64,000 bases of DNA from Myxococcota bacterium (lineage in GTDB: Bacteria > Myxococcota_A > UBA9042 > PHBI01 > JAWLBL01), in the NCBI GenBank assembly GCA_041687695.1, contig JAWLBL010000004.1:279319-343318 (forward strand), in the 5' to 3' direction. The notes beneath the pieces were generated by a model, which saw only the letters and a program-made list of their open reading frames with translations, was not told the DNA's origin and searched no databases. Shown here one piece after another: positions 20,137 through 31,291 of the stretch. Position numbers and translations under genes: made by a program. Position 1 is the stretch's first letter. Each line of letters begins with the position of its first letter.

Positions 20137-23100
20137 GCAAGGTACGCGTTTACGAACTGGCCAAGCAATTAGGCCTCGACCATATGGTGGTCACGCAGCG
20201 ATGCCGTGAGTTGGGCATCAGCGCTGATGGCCACCTCGCGCAGTTGACCTCGGACGAGGTCGACCGGGTGAAGTCGGCCTTCAAGATGCGCCCGGCCGGT
20301 GAAGTCACCGAGAAGCGCGTCAAGTCGACCGTCATCCGCCGTCGCCGGCGTGACGACGAGCCCGCCGAGGCGCCCGAGGCCGCCGCCGCGCCGACCCCCG
20401 AGCCCAGCGCGACGGGCCCGGTCCGTCGCCGCCGCGCCGAGGGGCCGGCCGAGGCGCCAGCGCCCGAGCGCCGTGTTGCGTCGCAGCAGCCCGCCGCCCA
20501 GCCGCCGCAGGCTGCCGCGCCGACGCCGGGCCCTGCCGCGCCGCAGGGTGAGGAGCGCCCCCGCCGCGTGGCGCGCGCCGCCGAGGCCGCCGAGGCTCGC
20601 GAGGAGCGGGTCGTCGAGCGGGCCCCGGAGCCCGAGCCCGTGAAGGCTCCCGAGCCGGCTGCCCCGCCGGCCGAGCCGACGCCCGAGCCGGCGCGACCGG
20701 TCGCCGAGGCGCCGGCGCCCGAGCCCGTCAAGGCCCCCGAGCCCGAGCCCGTGGCAGCGCGCGAGGAGGCCCCCGCGGCCGCCCCCGAGCGCCCGGCGGA
20801 GGTCGCCGAGGCCGGGCCGGCCGCGGCCGAGCCCGCCGCCGGAGCCGCCGAAGGCGCCGCCGGCGAGGAGGCGGGCATCCGGACGGACACGCAGTACGCG
20901 CAGGAGGAGGCGGTCAACGCCCCCGGCAAGCGCGAGCCCGAGCAGCCTCAGCAGCTGGCGCGCGTCGTGCGAAAGCTCGACGACGCCCTGGCCCAGAGCC
21001 TGGTCGCCGAGGCCCAGCGCCGCGCCGAGCGCGCGGCGAGCGGGCGCGGTGGTCCGCGTGGCCCTGGCGGTCCGGGCGGCCCCGGTGGCCGGACCAGCGT
21101 CCCCGGTGGGCGCACCAGCGTCCCGGGCGGCCGCACGTCGGTCCCGGGCGGTCGCTCCGGCGGCCCGGGCAGCCGGCCCGAGCGGTACCCCGGCCCGCCG
21201 GGTCCGATGCAGGCCCAGCAGCCGGCGGCCCAGCCGGGCTTCCCGCCGCCTCCGGGCACGGGCGTCCCGGATCGTGAGGACGATCGCAAGCGCAAAAAGC
21301 GCGGCAGCCGCGTCGCCTACGACCGCAACAAGGACCGTGGGTTCGACGATCAGATGCGCATCCGCGGCAAGCGCGGGGGCAAGGGTCGCAAGCTCAAGGG
21401 CGGCACGACCGAGCTGACGACGCCCAAGGCGTCCAAGCGCGTCATCAAGATGGAGGACACCATCACCGTGGGCGAGCTGGCCTCGCAGCTGTCGGTGAAG
21501 GCCTCCGACCTCATCAAGGTCCTGATGCGCATGGGCGAGATGGTGACCGTCAACCACGTGCTGGACGTGGACACGGTGACCCTCGTCGCGGGCGAGTTCG
21601 ACTTCACGGTCGAGAACGTCTCGTTCGACATCGAGGACTACATCCCGCAGACCGCCGAGACCGAAGAGGCCGTCCAGCGCGACGCCGTCATCACGGTCAT
21701 GGGTCACGTCGACCACGGCAAGACGTCGCTGCTCGACTACATCCGCAAGGCGCGTGTGGCGGCCGGCGAGGCCGGTGGCATCACGCAGCACATCGGCGCC
21801 TACAAGGTGCCGGTGAAGGTCGCGGGCGAGAAGAAGTCCGTGGTCTTCCTCGACACCCCGGGCCACGCGGCCTTCACGGCGATGCGTGCGCGCGGCGCCC
21901 AGGTGACGGACATCGTCATCCTGGTGGTGGCGGCGGACGACGGCGTCATGCCGCAGACCATCGAGGCCATCAACCACTCCAAGGCGGCGGGCGTGCCCAT
22001 CGTCGTGGCGTGCAACAAGATGGACAAGCCCGAGGCGAACCCTGACCGGGTCAAGCGCGAGCTGTCCGAGCACGGGCTGGTGGTGGAGGACTGGGGCGGC
22101 GACGTCCAGATGATCCCGGTGTCGGCCAAGACCGGCGCGGGCATCAGTGACCTGCTCGAGGCGGTGGCCCTGCAGGCCGACGTGCTCGACATGAAGGCGG
22201 TCGTCAACCGGCCGGCCAAGGGCGTCGTCATCGAGGCCGAGCTGAGCCGCGGCCGCGGCCCGGTCGCCACGGTCCTGGTCCAGGAGGGCACCCTCAAGAA
22301 GGGCGACATCGTCGTCGCGGGTAAGGCCACCGGCCGCGTCCGCGCGATGATCGACGACCGCGGGCGCCAGGTGAACGAGGCCGGCCCCGCGACCCCGGTC
22401 GAGGTCCTGGGCCTCAACGAGGTCCCGCCGCCGTCCGAGACCTTCTTCGCGGTCAAGGACGAGCGCGACGCCCGCTCCATCGTGGGCCACCTCGAGGACA
22501 AGGATCGCGAAAAGCGCCTGGCCGAGGAGCGCAAGAAGCTCACCCTCGACGACCTGTTCGCGCAGGTTCAGGCGGGTGAGGTCAAGACGCTGGCCCTCAT
22601 CATCAAGTCGGACGTCCAGGGCTCCCTCGAGGCGCTGCGGCATGCCTTCGGCAAGCTCAAGCACCCCGAGCTCGAGGTGCGCATCATCCACAGCGCGGTG
22701 GGTGCCATCAGCGAGTCGGACGTGGATCTCGCCAGCGCGTCGAACGCCATCATCATCGGCTTCAACGTGCGCCCCGAGAAGAACGCCAAGGCGCTCGCCG
22801 AGCAGGAAGGCGTCGACATCAAGCTCTACTCGGTCATCTACAACGCCGTGGACGACGTCAAGGCGGCCATGGAGGGCCTGCTGTCGCCGAACATCGAGGA
22901 GCGCTTCCTCGGCAAGGCGGCGGTGCGCGAGGTCTTCTCGGTGCCCAAGTTCGGCAACATCGCCGGCTGCGCGGTGCTGCAGGGCAAGATCGTCCGCAAC
23001 CAGAAGGCGCGCCTCGTCCGCGACGGCCGCGTCGTCTACCAGGGCAAGGTGGACTCGCTCCGGCGGTTCAAGGACTCGGTCAACGAGGTCGATCGCGGCC

Positions 23101-23210
23101 ACGAGTGCGGCATCCACCTCGAGAACTACAACGACGTGAAGCCGGGCGACGAGATCGAGTGCTACGAGCTGGTGGCGATCGCGCAGAAGCTCAAGCTCGA
23201 GCCCGAGTGA
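20133..23210 (+). CDS. infB: Translation initiation factor IF-2
   Basis: [10 protein letters not shown]-terminus; [28 protein letters not shown] and NKMD motifs. Confidence 0.98.
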   Translation: MSKVRVYELAKQLGLDHMVVTQRCRELGISADGHLAQLTSDEVDRVKSAFKMRPAGEVTEKRVKSTVIRRRRRDDEPAEAPEAAAAPTPEPSATGPVRRRRAEGPAEAPAPERRVASQQPAAQPPQAAAPTPGPAAPQGEERPRRVARAAEAAEAREERVVERAPEPEPVKAPEPAAPPAEPTPEPARPVAEAPAPEPVKAPEPEPVAAREEAPAAAPERPAEVAEAGPAAAEPAAGAAEGAAGEEAGIRTDTQYAQEEAVNAPGKREPEQPQQLARVVRKLDDALAQSLVAEAQRRAERAASGRGGPRGPGGPGGPGGRTSVPGGRTSVPGGRTSVPGGRSGGPGSRPERYPGPPGPMQAQQPAAQPGFPPPPGTGVPDREDDRKRKKRGSRVAYDRNKDRGFDDQMRIRGKRGGKGRKLKGGTTELTTPKASKRVIKMEDTITVGELASQLSVKASDLIKVLMRMGEMVTVNHVLDVDTVTLVAGEFDFTVENVSFDIEDYIPQTAETEEAVQRDAVITVMGHVDHGKTSLLDYIRKARVAAGEAGGITQHIGAYKVPVKVAGEKKSVVFLDTPGHAAFTAMRARGAQVTDIVILVVAADDGVMPQTIEAINHSKAAGVPIVVACNKMDKPEANPDRVKRELSEHGLVVEDWGGDVQMIPVSAKTGAGISDLLEAVALQADVLDMKAVVNRPAKGVVIEAELSRGRGPVATVLVQEGTLKKGDIVVAGKATGRVRAMIDDRGRQVNEAGPATPVEVLGLNEVPPPSETFFAVKDERDARSIVGHLEDKDREKRLAEERKKLTLDDLFAQVQAGEVKTLALIIKSDVQGSLEALRHAFGKLKHPELEVRIIHSAVGAISESDVDLASASNAIIIGFNVRPEKNAKALAEQEGVDIKLYSVIYNAVDDVKAAMEGLLSPNIEERFLGKAAVREVFSVPKFGNIAGCAVLQGKIVRNQKARLVRDGRVVYQGKVDSLRRFKDSVNEVDRGHECGIHLENYNDVKPGDEIECYELVAIAQKLKLEPE

Positions 23211-23223
23211 CCGGCGCACCATC

Positions 23224-23658
23224 GTGAGCAGTCGCCGACCCTACAAGCGGACCGATCGTCTCGGCCGTCAGTTGAAGGAGGTCCTCGCCGTCGCGCTGCA
23301 GCGCGAGACGCGCGAGGACGCCCTCCACGACGTGGTCGTGACCGAGGTCGAGGTCACGCGGGATCTGTCGCTGGCGCGCGTGTTCTTCTACACGCCGCGC
23401 GGCGCGGACCTGAAGGACGTGACGACCGCGCTCGAGCGGGCGTCCGGGTTCCTCCGGCGCCGCCTGGGCGAGGAGATCCGGATGCGTCAGGTGCCGGAGC
23501 TGCGCTTCGTGCTCGACCAGTCCATCGATCGGGCCGAGCGCATCGAGGGCATCCTGGCGGGGCTGCGCGCCGATCACGACGATCCGCACGCCGAGCAGGT
23601 CGAAGAGGACGTCGAGGACCGCGAGGTCGACGACGGCGAGGGCGAGCCCCGCCCGTGA
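23224..23658 (+). CDS. rbfA: Ribosome-binding factor A
   Basis: VTEVEVTRDLSLARVF and ASGFLR...MRQVPELRF motifs. Confidence 0.94.
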   Translation: MSSRRPYKRTDRLGRQLKEVLAVALQRETREDALHDVVVTEVEVTRDLSLARVFFYTPRGADLKDVTTALERASGFLRRRLGEEIRMRQVPELRFVLDQSIDRAERIEGILAGLRADHDDPHAEQVEEDVEDREVDDGEGEPRP

Positions 23659-24530
23659 GCGCCCCCCTCGCGGGGTCGCACGGCGTCGTCGTCATCGACA
23701 AGCCCGTGGGGCCCACCTCCTTCACCGTGATGAGGCGCGTGCAGCGGGCGCTCGGCGTTCGCCGCGCCGGGCACGCCGGGACGTTGGATCCGGCGGCGTC
23801 GGGCGTGCTCGTCGTGCTGCTGGGCGAGGCGACCAAGCTCAGCGCGTGGGTGATGGACCACGACAAGGCGTATCGCGCCGTGGTGGCGTTGGGGACGGCG
23901 ACGGACACCTGCGACGCGCAGGGCCAGGTCGTCGCGTCGGGGCCCGTGCCGGCGGAGGCCACGCGGCCCGAGGTGATCCGGGAGGCCCTCGCGGGGCTCA
24001 CCGGTGCGACGATGCAGCGTCCGCCGGCCTTTGCGGCCATCAAGCAGGGGGGCCGCACGCTGATGAGCCGCGCGCGGGCCGGCGAGGAGGTCGCGCTGAT
24101 CCCGCGGCCCGTCGTGTGCCATGGGATCGAGCTGGTCGACGTCGCCGAGTCCCAGATCACGCTCGATGTCCACTGCGGCAAGGGCTACTACGTCCGATCG
24201 CTCGCGCGGGACCTGGGCGAGGCGCTCGGCGTCCCGGCGCACCTGGCCGCGCTGCGGCGGACGCGGGTCGGGGCCTTCGGGCTGGAAGGCGCCGTGGGGC
24301 CCGACGAGGTCACGCCGGCGCACGTTCGCCCGCTCATCGAGGCCGTCCCCGATGTCCCCCACCTGAGCCTGACCGAGGACGAGGCGACCGACATCGGCTT
24401 CGGCCGCCCCGTCCCCGCCCGGCACCCCGGATCCCGGGCCCTGCTGCTGTCGCCCGCGGGCCTGCCGCTGGCGATGGCGGTGCGCGAGGGCGAGGTCTGG
24501 AAGGTCGCCCGCGGCTTCCGGTTCGACTGA
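23655..24530 (+). CDS. truB: tRNA pseudouridine(55) synthase
   Basis: IDKPVGPTS, GHAGTLDP, CGKGYYVRSL and LRRTRVG motifs. Confidence 0.95.
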   Translation: MSAPLAGSHGVVVIDKPVGPTSFTVMRRVQRALGVRRAGHAGTLDPAASGVLVVLLGEATKLSAWVMDHDKAYRAVVALGTATDTCDAQGQVVASGPVPAEATRPEVIREALAGLTGATMQRPPAFAAIKQGGRTLMSRARAGEEVALIPRPVVCHGIELVDVAESQITLDVHCGKGYYVRSLARDLGEALGVPAHLAALRRTRVGAFGLEGAVGPDEVTPAHVRPLIEAVPDVPHLSLTEDEATDIGFGRPVPARHPGSRALLLSPAGLPLAMAVREGEVWKVARGFRFD

Positions 24531-24576
24531 TCCCCGGAGCAAGTCGCTCCACGCGACCCGCGTCGTGATTCGCGGG

Positions 24577-24605
24577 TTGACTTCGCCCCGGGCGGCGTAT
24601 AGCTT
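24577..24605 (+). promoter_or_regulatory. Putative sigma70 promoter of rpsO-pnp
   Basis: TTGACT-17 bp-TAGCTT; AGGAG RBS at approx. 24635. Confidence 0.5.
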
Positions 24606-24647
24606 CCCGCCCGGCAAAAACTGAGAAGAGAACTAGGAGAGACGCCC

Positions 24648-24917
24648 ATGGCGCTCCTGCCCGAGACCAAGACCGAGCTCATCGACCGCTTCAAGCGCTC
24701 CGACACCGACACGGGTTCGCCCGAGGTGCAGATCGCGCTGCTGACCGAGCGGATCAACCAGCTGACGGCTCACTTCCAGAGCCACAAGAAGGACCACCAC
24801 TCGCGTCGTGGCCTTCTGAAGCTGGTCGGTCAGCGCCGGCGGCTGCTGAACTACGTCCGTGCCCAGGACGTCGAGCGCTACCGCACGCTCATCGGCGCGC
24901 TGGGTATCCGCAAGTAG
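24648..24917 (+). CDS. rpsO: 30S ribosomal protein S15
   Basis: [13 protein letters not shown] and [20 protein letters not shown] motifs. Confidence 0.99.
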   Translation: MALLPETKTELIDRFKRSDTDTGSPEVQIALLTERINQLTAHFQSHKKDHHSRRGLLKLVGQRRRLLNYVRAQDVERYRTLIGALGIRK

Positions 24918-25120
24918 TCCGCGCAGCGGTTCGAGACATGCGTCAGCCCGGTGTCGCCGGGCGACGTGTGTCTTGCGCTTGATTCCCTCGTCAAGGGGGC
25001 GGGCTTCGCGGCCGACCGGACGCACTTGTGCGTCTTGGTGGAACAGCTTCGTTCGCGCGCTCCTCGAGGGCTCGGGTCTGGCGCCCTGGCGTCGACCAAT
25101 CACCCAATGAGGAAAGCCTG

Positions 25121-27232
25121 ATGGCCCTGTTCCCCAATATCGTCCGCGAGACCGTCGAGTTCGGCGGCCGCCCCCTGACACTCGAGACCGGCCGCCTGGC
25201 CAAGCAGGCCGGCGGCAGCGTTTTGGTCACGCACGGTGAGACCGTCGTCCTCGTGACGGCGACGTCGTCGTACGCGCCCCGCCCGGGCCTCGACTTCTTC
25301 CCGCTGGTCTGCGACGTCATCGAGAAGACCTACGCGGCCGGCAAGCTGCCCGGCGGCTTCTTCAAGCGCGAAGGTCGCCCCTCGGAAGAGTCGACGCTGG
25401 CCAGCCGCCTGGTGGACCGTTCGCTGCGCCCGCTCTTCCCGGAAGGGTTCAAGAACGAGGTCCAGATCGTCGCCACCGTGATGAGCGTCGACGGCGAGAA
25501 CGACCCCAACGTCGCGGCGCTCATCGGCGCCTCGGCCGCGCTGACCATCAGCGACATCCCGTGGAACGGCCCGATCGCCGGCGCGATCGTCGGCCGCCTC
25601 GACGGGCGCTGGGTCGCGATGCCGCCCGTGTCGCGCCTCGAGGAGAGCGACGTCGAGCTGCTCGTGGCCGCCCGCCCCGACGGCATCGTCATGGTCGAGG
25701 GCGGCGCCAAGGAGCTGAGCGAGGACGAGGTCATCGAGGCCCTCCGCTTCGGCCACGAGGCCATGAAGCCGGTCTTCGAGGCCATCGAGACCCTGCGTCA
25801 GAAGGCGGGCAAGGAAAAGCGCCCCTGGACGCCGGCCGCCAAGGACGAGGACTTCCTCGGCCGCGCCCGCGAGATCGCGCGGCCGATGGTGGCCGAGGCG
25901 GCCTTCATCCAGGACAAGGGTGTGCGCTACCAGACGATGGGCGCCATCCCGGCCAAGGTCGCCGAGCAGCTCGGTGACGGCGCGTCCGAGCGCATGGGCG
26001 AGATCAAGTCGGTCGTCGGCGACCTGAAGTACGATCTGGTCCGCGAGCGCATCCTGGCCGACAAGAAGCGCATCGACGGCCGTGGGCTCGCGGACATCCG
26101 CGAGATCGCGTGCGAGATCGGGCCGCTGCCGCGCACCCACGGCTCGGCGCTGTTCACGCGAGGCGAGACGCAGGTCCTCGTCAGCGTGACCTTCGGCACC
26201 AAGAAGGACGAGCAGCGCGTCGACGCGCTGAGCGGCGAGTACTTCCAGCGCTTCCTGCTGCACTACAACTTCCCGCCGTTCTCGGTGGGTGAGGTGCGCA
26301 TGCTGCGTGGCCCGAGCCGCCGCGACATCGGCCACGGCAACCTCGCCCGCCGCGGCGTGCTGCCGATCGTGCCCGGGGCTGACGAGTTCCCCTACACGAT
26401 CCGCATCGTCTCCGAGGTGCTCGAGTCGAACGGCTCGTCCTCCATGGCGACCGTCTGCGGCGCCTCGCTGGCGATGATGCAGGCGGGCGTGCCGGTGAAG
26501 AAGGCCGTCGCGGGCATCGCGATGGGCCTCATCTCGGACGGCCAGCGGGTCGCGGTGCTCAGCGACATCCTGGGCGACGAGGACCACCTCGGCGACATGG
26601 ACTTCAAGGTCGTCGGCACCGGCGACGGCATCACCGCGCTGCAGATGGACATCAAGATCGAGTCGCTCAGCTGGGACGTGCTGCGCCAGGCGCTGCAGCA
26701 GGCCCGCGACGGCCGCGTCCACATCCTGGGCGAGATGAACAAGGCGATCACGGAGCCGGCCGACGACCTGTCGGCGCACGCTCCGCGCATCTTCACCGTG
26801 CTCATCAACCCCGAGAAGATCCGCGACCTCATCGGCCCGGGCGGCAAGAACATCCGCAGCATCATCGCGGACACCGGCGTCGAGATCGACGTGTCCGACG
26901 ACGGGCGCGTGGACGTGGCGGCGGTCGACGGCGAGTCGGCGGCGCGCGCCATCGAGCTCATCAAGGGCTGCACCGAGGAGCCCGAGGTCGGGCGCATCTA
27001 CCTGGGCAAGGTGGCCAAGGTCGTCGACTTCGGCGCCTTCGTGACCATCATGCCGGGCACCGATGGCCTGTGTCACATCTCCGAGCTCGCCGAGGGGCGC
27101 GTCCGCGCCGTCGAGGACGTGCTCAAGGAGGGCGACGAGGTGCTGGTGAAGGTCATGGGCATCGACCGCCAGGGCAAGATCAAGCTCTCGCGGCGCGCGG
27201 CCCTCGAGGAGACGGGCGACGCCGAGGCCTGA
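25121..27232 (+). CDS. pnp: Polyribonucleotide nucleotidyltransferase (PNPase)
   Basis: [32 protein letters not shown] and DHLGDMDFK motifs; KH and S1 domains. Confidence 0.98.
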   Translation: MALFPNIVRETVEFGGRPLTLETGRLAKQAGGSVLVTHGETVVLVTATSSYAPRPGLDFFPLVCDVIEKTYAAGKLPGGFFKREGRPSEESTLASRLVDRSLRPLFPEGFKNEVQIVATVMSVDGENDPNVAALIGASAALTISDIPWNGPIAGAIVGRLDGRWVAMPPVSRLEESDVELLVAARPDGIVMVEGGAKELSEDEVIEALRFGHEAMKPVFEAIETLRQKAGKEKRPWTPAAKDEDFLGRAREIARPMVAEAAFIQDKGVRYQTMGAIPAKVAEQLGDGASERMGEIKSVVGDLKYDLVRERILADKKRIDGRGLADIREIACEIGPLPRTHGSALFTRGETQVLVSVTFGTKKDEQRVDALSGEYFQRFLLHYNFPPFSVGEVRMLRGPSRRDIGHGNLARRGVLPIVPGADEFPYTIRIVSEVLESNGSSSMATVCGASLAMMQAGVPVKKAVAGIAMGLISDGQRVAVLSDILGDEDHLGDMDFKVVGTGDGITALQMDIKIESLSWDVLRQALQQARDGRVHILGEMNKAITEPADDLSAHAPRIFTVLINPEKIRDLIGPGGKNIRSIIADTGVEIDVSDDGRVDVAAVDGESAARAIELIKGCTEEPEVGRIYLGKVAKVVDFGAFVTIMPGTDGLCHISELAEGRVRAVEDVLKEGDEVLVKVMGIDRQGKIKLSRRAALEETGDAEA

Positions 27233-27254
27233 TTTGGCGCCTCGGGAGTCACCT

Positions 27255-27695
27255 GTGATTCAGGTCCGGCGTCTCCGCCCCGAGCGGGACGCCGACCTGC
27301 CGCTGCCCCGGTACATGACCGCCGGGGCGGCGGGGCTCGACGTCGTCGCGGCGGTCGAGCAGGACCTGACGCTCGCGCCGATGGCCCGCGCCCTCGTCCC
27401 GACGGGGCTCGCGGTGGCCATCCCGCCGGGCTGGGAGGTCCAGGTGAGGCCCCGCAGCGGCCTCGCGTTGAAGCATGGCGTCTCGCAGGTCAACGCGCCC
27501 GGGACCATCGACTCCGACTATCGGGGTGAGGTCGGGATCCTGCTCATCAACCTGGGCAGCGAGCCCTTCGTGGTCCGGCGCGGCGACCGCATCGCGCAGC
27601 TGGTCGTGGCGCCGGCGGTGCACGCCCGCCTGGTCGAGGTCGACGCCCTGGACGACACGCGACGCGGCGGCGGCGGCTTCGGGCACACCGGGTAG
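27255..27695 (+). CDS. dut: dUTP diphosphatase
   Basis: [30 protein letters not shown] and [10 protein letters not shown] motifs. Start 27234 or 27255. Confidence 0.96.
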   Translation: MIQVRRLRPERDADLPLPRYMTAGAAGLDVVAAVEQDLTLAPMARALVPTGLAVAIPPGWEVQVRPRSGLALKHGVSQVNAPGTIDSDYRGEVGILLINLGSEPFVVRRGDRIAQLVVAPAVHARLVEVDALDDTRRGGGGFGHTG

Positions 27696-27994
27696 CGGCC
27701 CGCGCGCGGACGGGCCGGCGGACGGTGTGGCGCCGGTGCTCGGGAATGTTGCGACGCACCGAACGCTTGCATCGGCTCATGGGTGGCCACGGGGGAAGTG
27801 ACGCCGCGCGCGACGTGTTCCTGACCTTGGACACCCGAGCCTGCGGCCGTGGTCCGTCAAACACCAGCTGGTGCCCAGGCTCTCGCTCAGTGCATGCGCA
27901 GGGGGGCCGGTTGTTGTGCGGCCCCCGAACTGCGGACTATCCTCACGAAAAGCGCCATCCCGCTCGGATGGCGAGGAACCGACAGGACACCACG

Positions 27995-29953
27995 ATGGCC
28001 CATCGCTCCTCCAGGAATTCGCTCTCTTACGGCCGCGCGCGCTCGGCTTCGTCGTTGGCGAGGTTGCTGGCGGTGCTGCTGACCGCGACGCTGGCCTCCG
28101 GGCTGGGCGCTTGCCAGGGCTCCGCGCAAGCGCAGAACGAGCGCGAGCACAACCTCGCCAGCCGCAGCGGCGGGGTCCCCCTCGAGGGCTCGGCCAACCG
28201 CGTCGGCGTGCCGACGACCGGCGTGGTGCAGGCCTTCGGCGCGGCGGCCAGCGCGGCGCAGGCGGGCGACGACGAGGAGCCCAAGGACTACTGGGCGGCC
28301 ATCTCGTTCGATCGCAGCAACTTCGACGAGGTCCGCAAGTTCGTGAAGGACCGCTACATCGAGGCGCGCATCGACGAGACGCTGGCCTGGGCCGAGGCCG
28401 CCGCGTTCGCGGTGGCGTCCGACGAGGACCGGACGCTCTTGCTGCTGCCCGAGTCGTTCTATCTCGCCCGCAAGGACCACCCCGACGAGAAGGGCAAGCT
28501 GCAGGGCAAGGTCGTCAAGATCTCGCCCGAAGACCGCTTCGTCCTGCTCGAGGAGGTCGACAAGGAGGGCGAGGAGGAGAGCAACAAGCGCCTGAGCGAC
28601 GACGAGATCCGCGAGCTGCGTGACAAGCAGAAGGAGCGCCGCCGCCAGCTCGACGAGGCCTGGCGCGCCGCCCGCTTCGGGCCCAAGGACTTCGAGCGCC
28701 TCATGGACTGGACCTCGCGCGAGCTGGGCAAGGGCAAGGACTCGAAGTGGTCGATGAAGCGCGCCTGGGTCGCGGCCGCGCAGGGCTACCTCTACTCGCT
28801 CGACCCGCACTCGTCGCTCATCCCGAAGTCGGCCTGGGACGACTCGACCAAGGAAGTGCAGGACTCTTCCTTCGAGGGCATCGGCGCCATCCTGACCCGC
28901 CGCCCCGACAGCGAGTACACCATCGTCGAGAGCCCCATCGAGGGCCAGCCGGCCGTGGCCGCGGGCCTGCGCGCCGGTGACATGATCCTCAAGGTCGACG
29001 GCAAGGACATCAAGGGCGAGATCCTGTCCAAGGTGGTCTCCCGCATCCGCGGCAAGGGCGGCACGGTCGTCACCCTGACGGTCCAGCGCGAGGGTGAGCC
29101 CGAGCCGATGGACATCGCCATCAAGCGCGGCCGCATCGAGGTCAAGAACGTCAAGTACGACCTCGTGCCCAACCACGAGGACATCGGCTACATCAAGCTG
29201 ACGGGCTTCGTCCCGCACAGCGAGACCGACATCGTGCGGGCCTACGAGGAGCTGAAGAAGAAGACCAAGGGCAAGCGCCTCAAGGGCCTCATCCTCGATC
29301 TCCGCAACAACTCGGGCGGCCTGCTCAAGGAAGGCATCAACATCGCCGACCGCTTCGTCCACAACGGCGTCATCGTCTCCGTCAAGAGCCGCGCCGGCAC
29401 GGGCGAGGAGGAGACCTATCGCGCCAAGCCCGAGGGCACCTGGGACGTGCCGCTGGTGGTGCTGGTCAACGACGGCTCGGCCTCGGCCTCGGAGATCGTC
29501 GCGTCGGCCATCCAGGAGAACGGCCGCGGCCTCGTCCTCGGCGACCGCACCTTCGGCAAGGCCAGCGTCCAGACGCTCTTCACGCCGCTGCTGCGCGACG
29601 ACTACTACATCAAGCTGACCGTCGCGCGGTACTACAGCCCGCTCGGGCGCACGCTGCAGGTCGTGGGCGTCAACCCGGACCTCGTCGTCCCGCCCGATGT
29701 CGACGGCAAGATGCCGCTGGGCTTCCGCGAGGAGAACCTCTCGCACCACCTGCCGCCGCTCAACCCCGATCTGCCCACGCCGAACGACGCCATCGTGAAG
29801 GCGGTCGAGGCGTGCGCGCAGCAGCAGGGCAGGGCGCGCAAGCTGCACGCGGCCGATCCCAACCCGGCCATCAAGTTCGACTTCCAGAAGATGTACGCGG
29901 CCGATCTGCTGCAGTGCATGCCCGCGGACGGCTACGGCACGGCCCAGCGCTGA
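27995..29953 (+). CDS. S41 family carboxy-terminal processing protease (PDZ), probable lipoprotein
   Basis: LDPHS, FEGIG, LDLRNNSGG, SASASEIV and TFGKASVQ motifs; lipobox LGAC. Confidence 0.92.
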   Translation: MAHRSSRNSLSYGRARSASSLARLLAVLLTATLASGLGACQGSAQAQNEREHNLASRSGGVPLEGSANRVGVPTTGVVQAFGAAASAAQAGDDEEPKDYWAAISFDRSNFDEVRKFVKDRYIEARIDETLAWAEAAAFAVASDEDRTLLLLPESFYLARKDHPDEKGKLQGKVVKISPEDRFVLLEEVDKEGEEESNKRLSDDEIRELRDKQKERRRQLDEAWRAARFGPKDFERLMDWTSRELGKGKDSKWSMKRAWVAAAQGYLYSLDPHSSLIPKSAWDDSTKEVQDSSFEGIGAILTRRPDSEYTIVESPIEGQPAVAAGLRAGDMILKVDGKDIKGEILSKVVSRIRGKGGTVVTLTVQREGEPEPMDIAIKRGRIEVKNVKYDLVPNHEDIGYIKLTGFVPHSETDIVRAYEELKKKTKGKRLKGLILDLRNNSGGLLKEGINIADRFVHNGVIVSVKSRAGTGEEETYRAKPEGTWDVPLVVLVNDGSASASEIVASAIQENGRGLVLGDRTFGKASVQTLFTPLLRDDYYIKLTVARYYSPLGRTLQVVGVNPDLVVPPDVDGKMPLGFREENLSHHLPPLNPDLPTPNDAIVKAVEACAQQQGRARKLHAADPNPAIKFDFQKMYAADLLQCMPADGYGTAQR

Positions 29954-29987
29954 ACCGCGGGCCGAGTGGCCCAACGCTATGACTTCG

Positions 29988-30019
29988 AGGCGCCGTCTCC
30001 CTACGCGGAGGCGGCGCCT
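29988..30019 (+). terminator. Stem-loop downstream of the S41 protease gene (possible terminator)
   Basis: AGGCGCCGTCTCC / GGAGGCGGCGCCT inverted repeat with a weak T tail. Confidence 0.5.
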
Positions 30020-30044
30020 TCGTTGCTTGTGCGGGTTGACGGCC

Positions 30045-30250
30045 GATGTCAGGCGCCGCGTGGACGAGAGGCGTCTGGGGCCGGGGGGACGGGTGACGTC
30101 TGGGGCCGAGTGGACGGGTGACATCTGGGGCCGCGTCGACGGGTGACGTCTGGGTCCGCACGGTCGGTGACGTCTGGGGCCGCACAGTCGGGTGTGACGG
30201 CGGGGGCCGCGTGGACGGTTGAAGTCTGGGGCCGCGTGGACGGGTGACGG
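30045..30250. repeat. Intergenic tandem array of approx. 8 x 25-bp units
   Basis: Consensus GACGTCTGGGGCCGCGTGGACGGGT, with degenerate copies. Confidence 0.88.
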
Positions 30251-30306
30251 GTCGACGTGGTAGAGGTCCGGGCAGCTCTTCCCACCGGTTGCCTGGAGAC
30301 GAACGC

Positions 30307-31044
30307 ATGTCAGAGCCCACCCTCACGGACGTCGTCGAGCGCCTCGAGCGGCTCGAGCGCGCCATCGAAGCGCTCACCCAGGCGGTCCAGGGGGCGTCGC
30401 CAGCGAAGGTCGAGACGGTCCAGACGCCTGCGAAGCCGGCGGTAGTCGCGGAGTCGCCGGCCGCGGTGGTCCCGGCCGGCAAGCCTGCGGCGGCCGTGGC
30501 GCCGGCGTCGTCCCTCGCAGCCGCAGGGGGCGGGGCGGCGGTGACGGAGCGGCCTGCGGCGGCCACCCGGACGGCGGCTGCGGCCTCGAAGGCCCCGTCG
30601 GCCGAGGCCGCGCCCGGCGTGGTGCCTGGCGGCGGCGACGTGGAGGGCGGCGAAGCGGCGGCCACCGTGGCCCTGCCGGGGCCCGACGCCTCCGTCGAGG
30701 ACATGCTGACCCTGGTCTTCCAGCTGGCGATGACGGGCACCGAGGAGGAGGCCTGGCCGTCTCTGGCGGCTCTGACGCACCCCAAGGCCCTGGCGGGGCC
30801 GCGCACGCTCGATCACCTCAAGGCCTTCAACTGGCGCAAGCTGCGCCGCGGCGTGGGGCGCTACCTGTCGGGCGCGGACCCGCGCAGCTTCACCATCGAG
30901 CGGATGGAGCCGGCCGAGGTCGGCCCCGACGTGGAGAACGTGAAGATCTTCCTGTGGCAGGACGGGGCGAGCCCGGCGCCCATCACCTTCCGGCGGGACG
31001 AGCGGGCCGGCGGCGCCTGGCGCATCGGTCAGATCTCGCTCTGA
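30307..31044 (+). CDS. Hypothetical protein (N-terminal coiled coil, Ala/Pro linker, globular C-terminal domain)
   Basis: GGAG RBS, coding-like third-position bias, non-repetitive C-terminal domain. Confidence 0.7.
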   Translation: MSEPTLTDVVERLERLERAIEALTQAVQGASPAKVETVQTPAKPAVVAESPAAVVPAGKPAAAVAPASSLAAAGGGAAVTERPAAATRTAAAASKAPSAEAAPGVVPGGGDVEGGEAAATVALPGPDASVEDMLTLVFQLAMTGTEEEAWPSLAALTHPKALAGPRTLDHLKAFNWRKLRRGVGRYLSGADPRSFTIERMEPAEVGPDVENVKIFLWQDGASPAPITFRRDERAGGAWRIGQISL

Positions 31045-31048
31045 CGTG

Positions 31049-31077
31049 TTGACAGTGGGCCGCGAGGCCTGTACACA
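31049..31077 (+). promoter_or_regulatory. Putative sigma70 promoter of tRNA-Cys
   Basis: TTGACA-17 bp-TACACA. Confidence 0.6.
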
Positions 31078-31106
31078 GGCGTTCGCTTCGCGCGGCGGTG
31101 GGCTTC

Positions 31107-31180
31107 GGCGCCATGGCCAAGTGGTAAGGCAGAGGACTGCAAATCCTTTATCCCCGGTTCAAATCCGGGTGGCGCCTCCA
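31107..31180 (+). tRNA. tRNA-Cys (GCA)
   Basis: GGCGCCA acceptor stem paired with TGGCGCC; anticodon loop CTGCAAA; GGTTCAAATCC T-arm; encoded CCA. Confidence 0.98.
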
Positions 31181-31291
31181 GACACCCGCCTCCGAGGCGC
31201 GATGCGACGATGACGATGGGGCCGGCTTCTTCCCGAGGCTGGCCCCTCGCGTTTCGAATCCGGGGCGGCGCGCCCCGAGAGGGAGCGTGGC

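Noticed and set aside
20169..23222. Very long antisense or alternative-frame ORFs (also 2601-4634, 11075-13276, 27887-30124, 33516-36623, 39972-42506, 49131-52712)
   Set aside because: These are shadow ORFs of well-supported genes, expected in high-GC DNA, and carry no recognisable motifs.
31107..31260. tRNA-Cys as an integration site for an island or prophage
   Set aside because: There is no integrase nearby, and I found no duplicated tRNA 3' end in the window.
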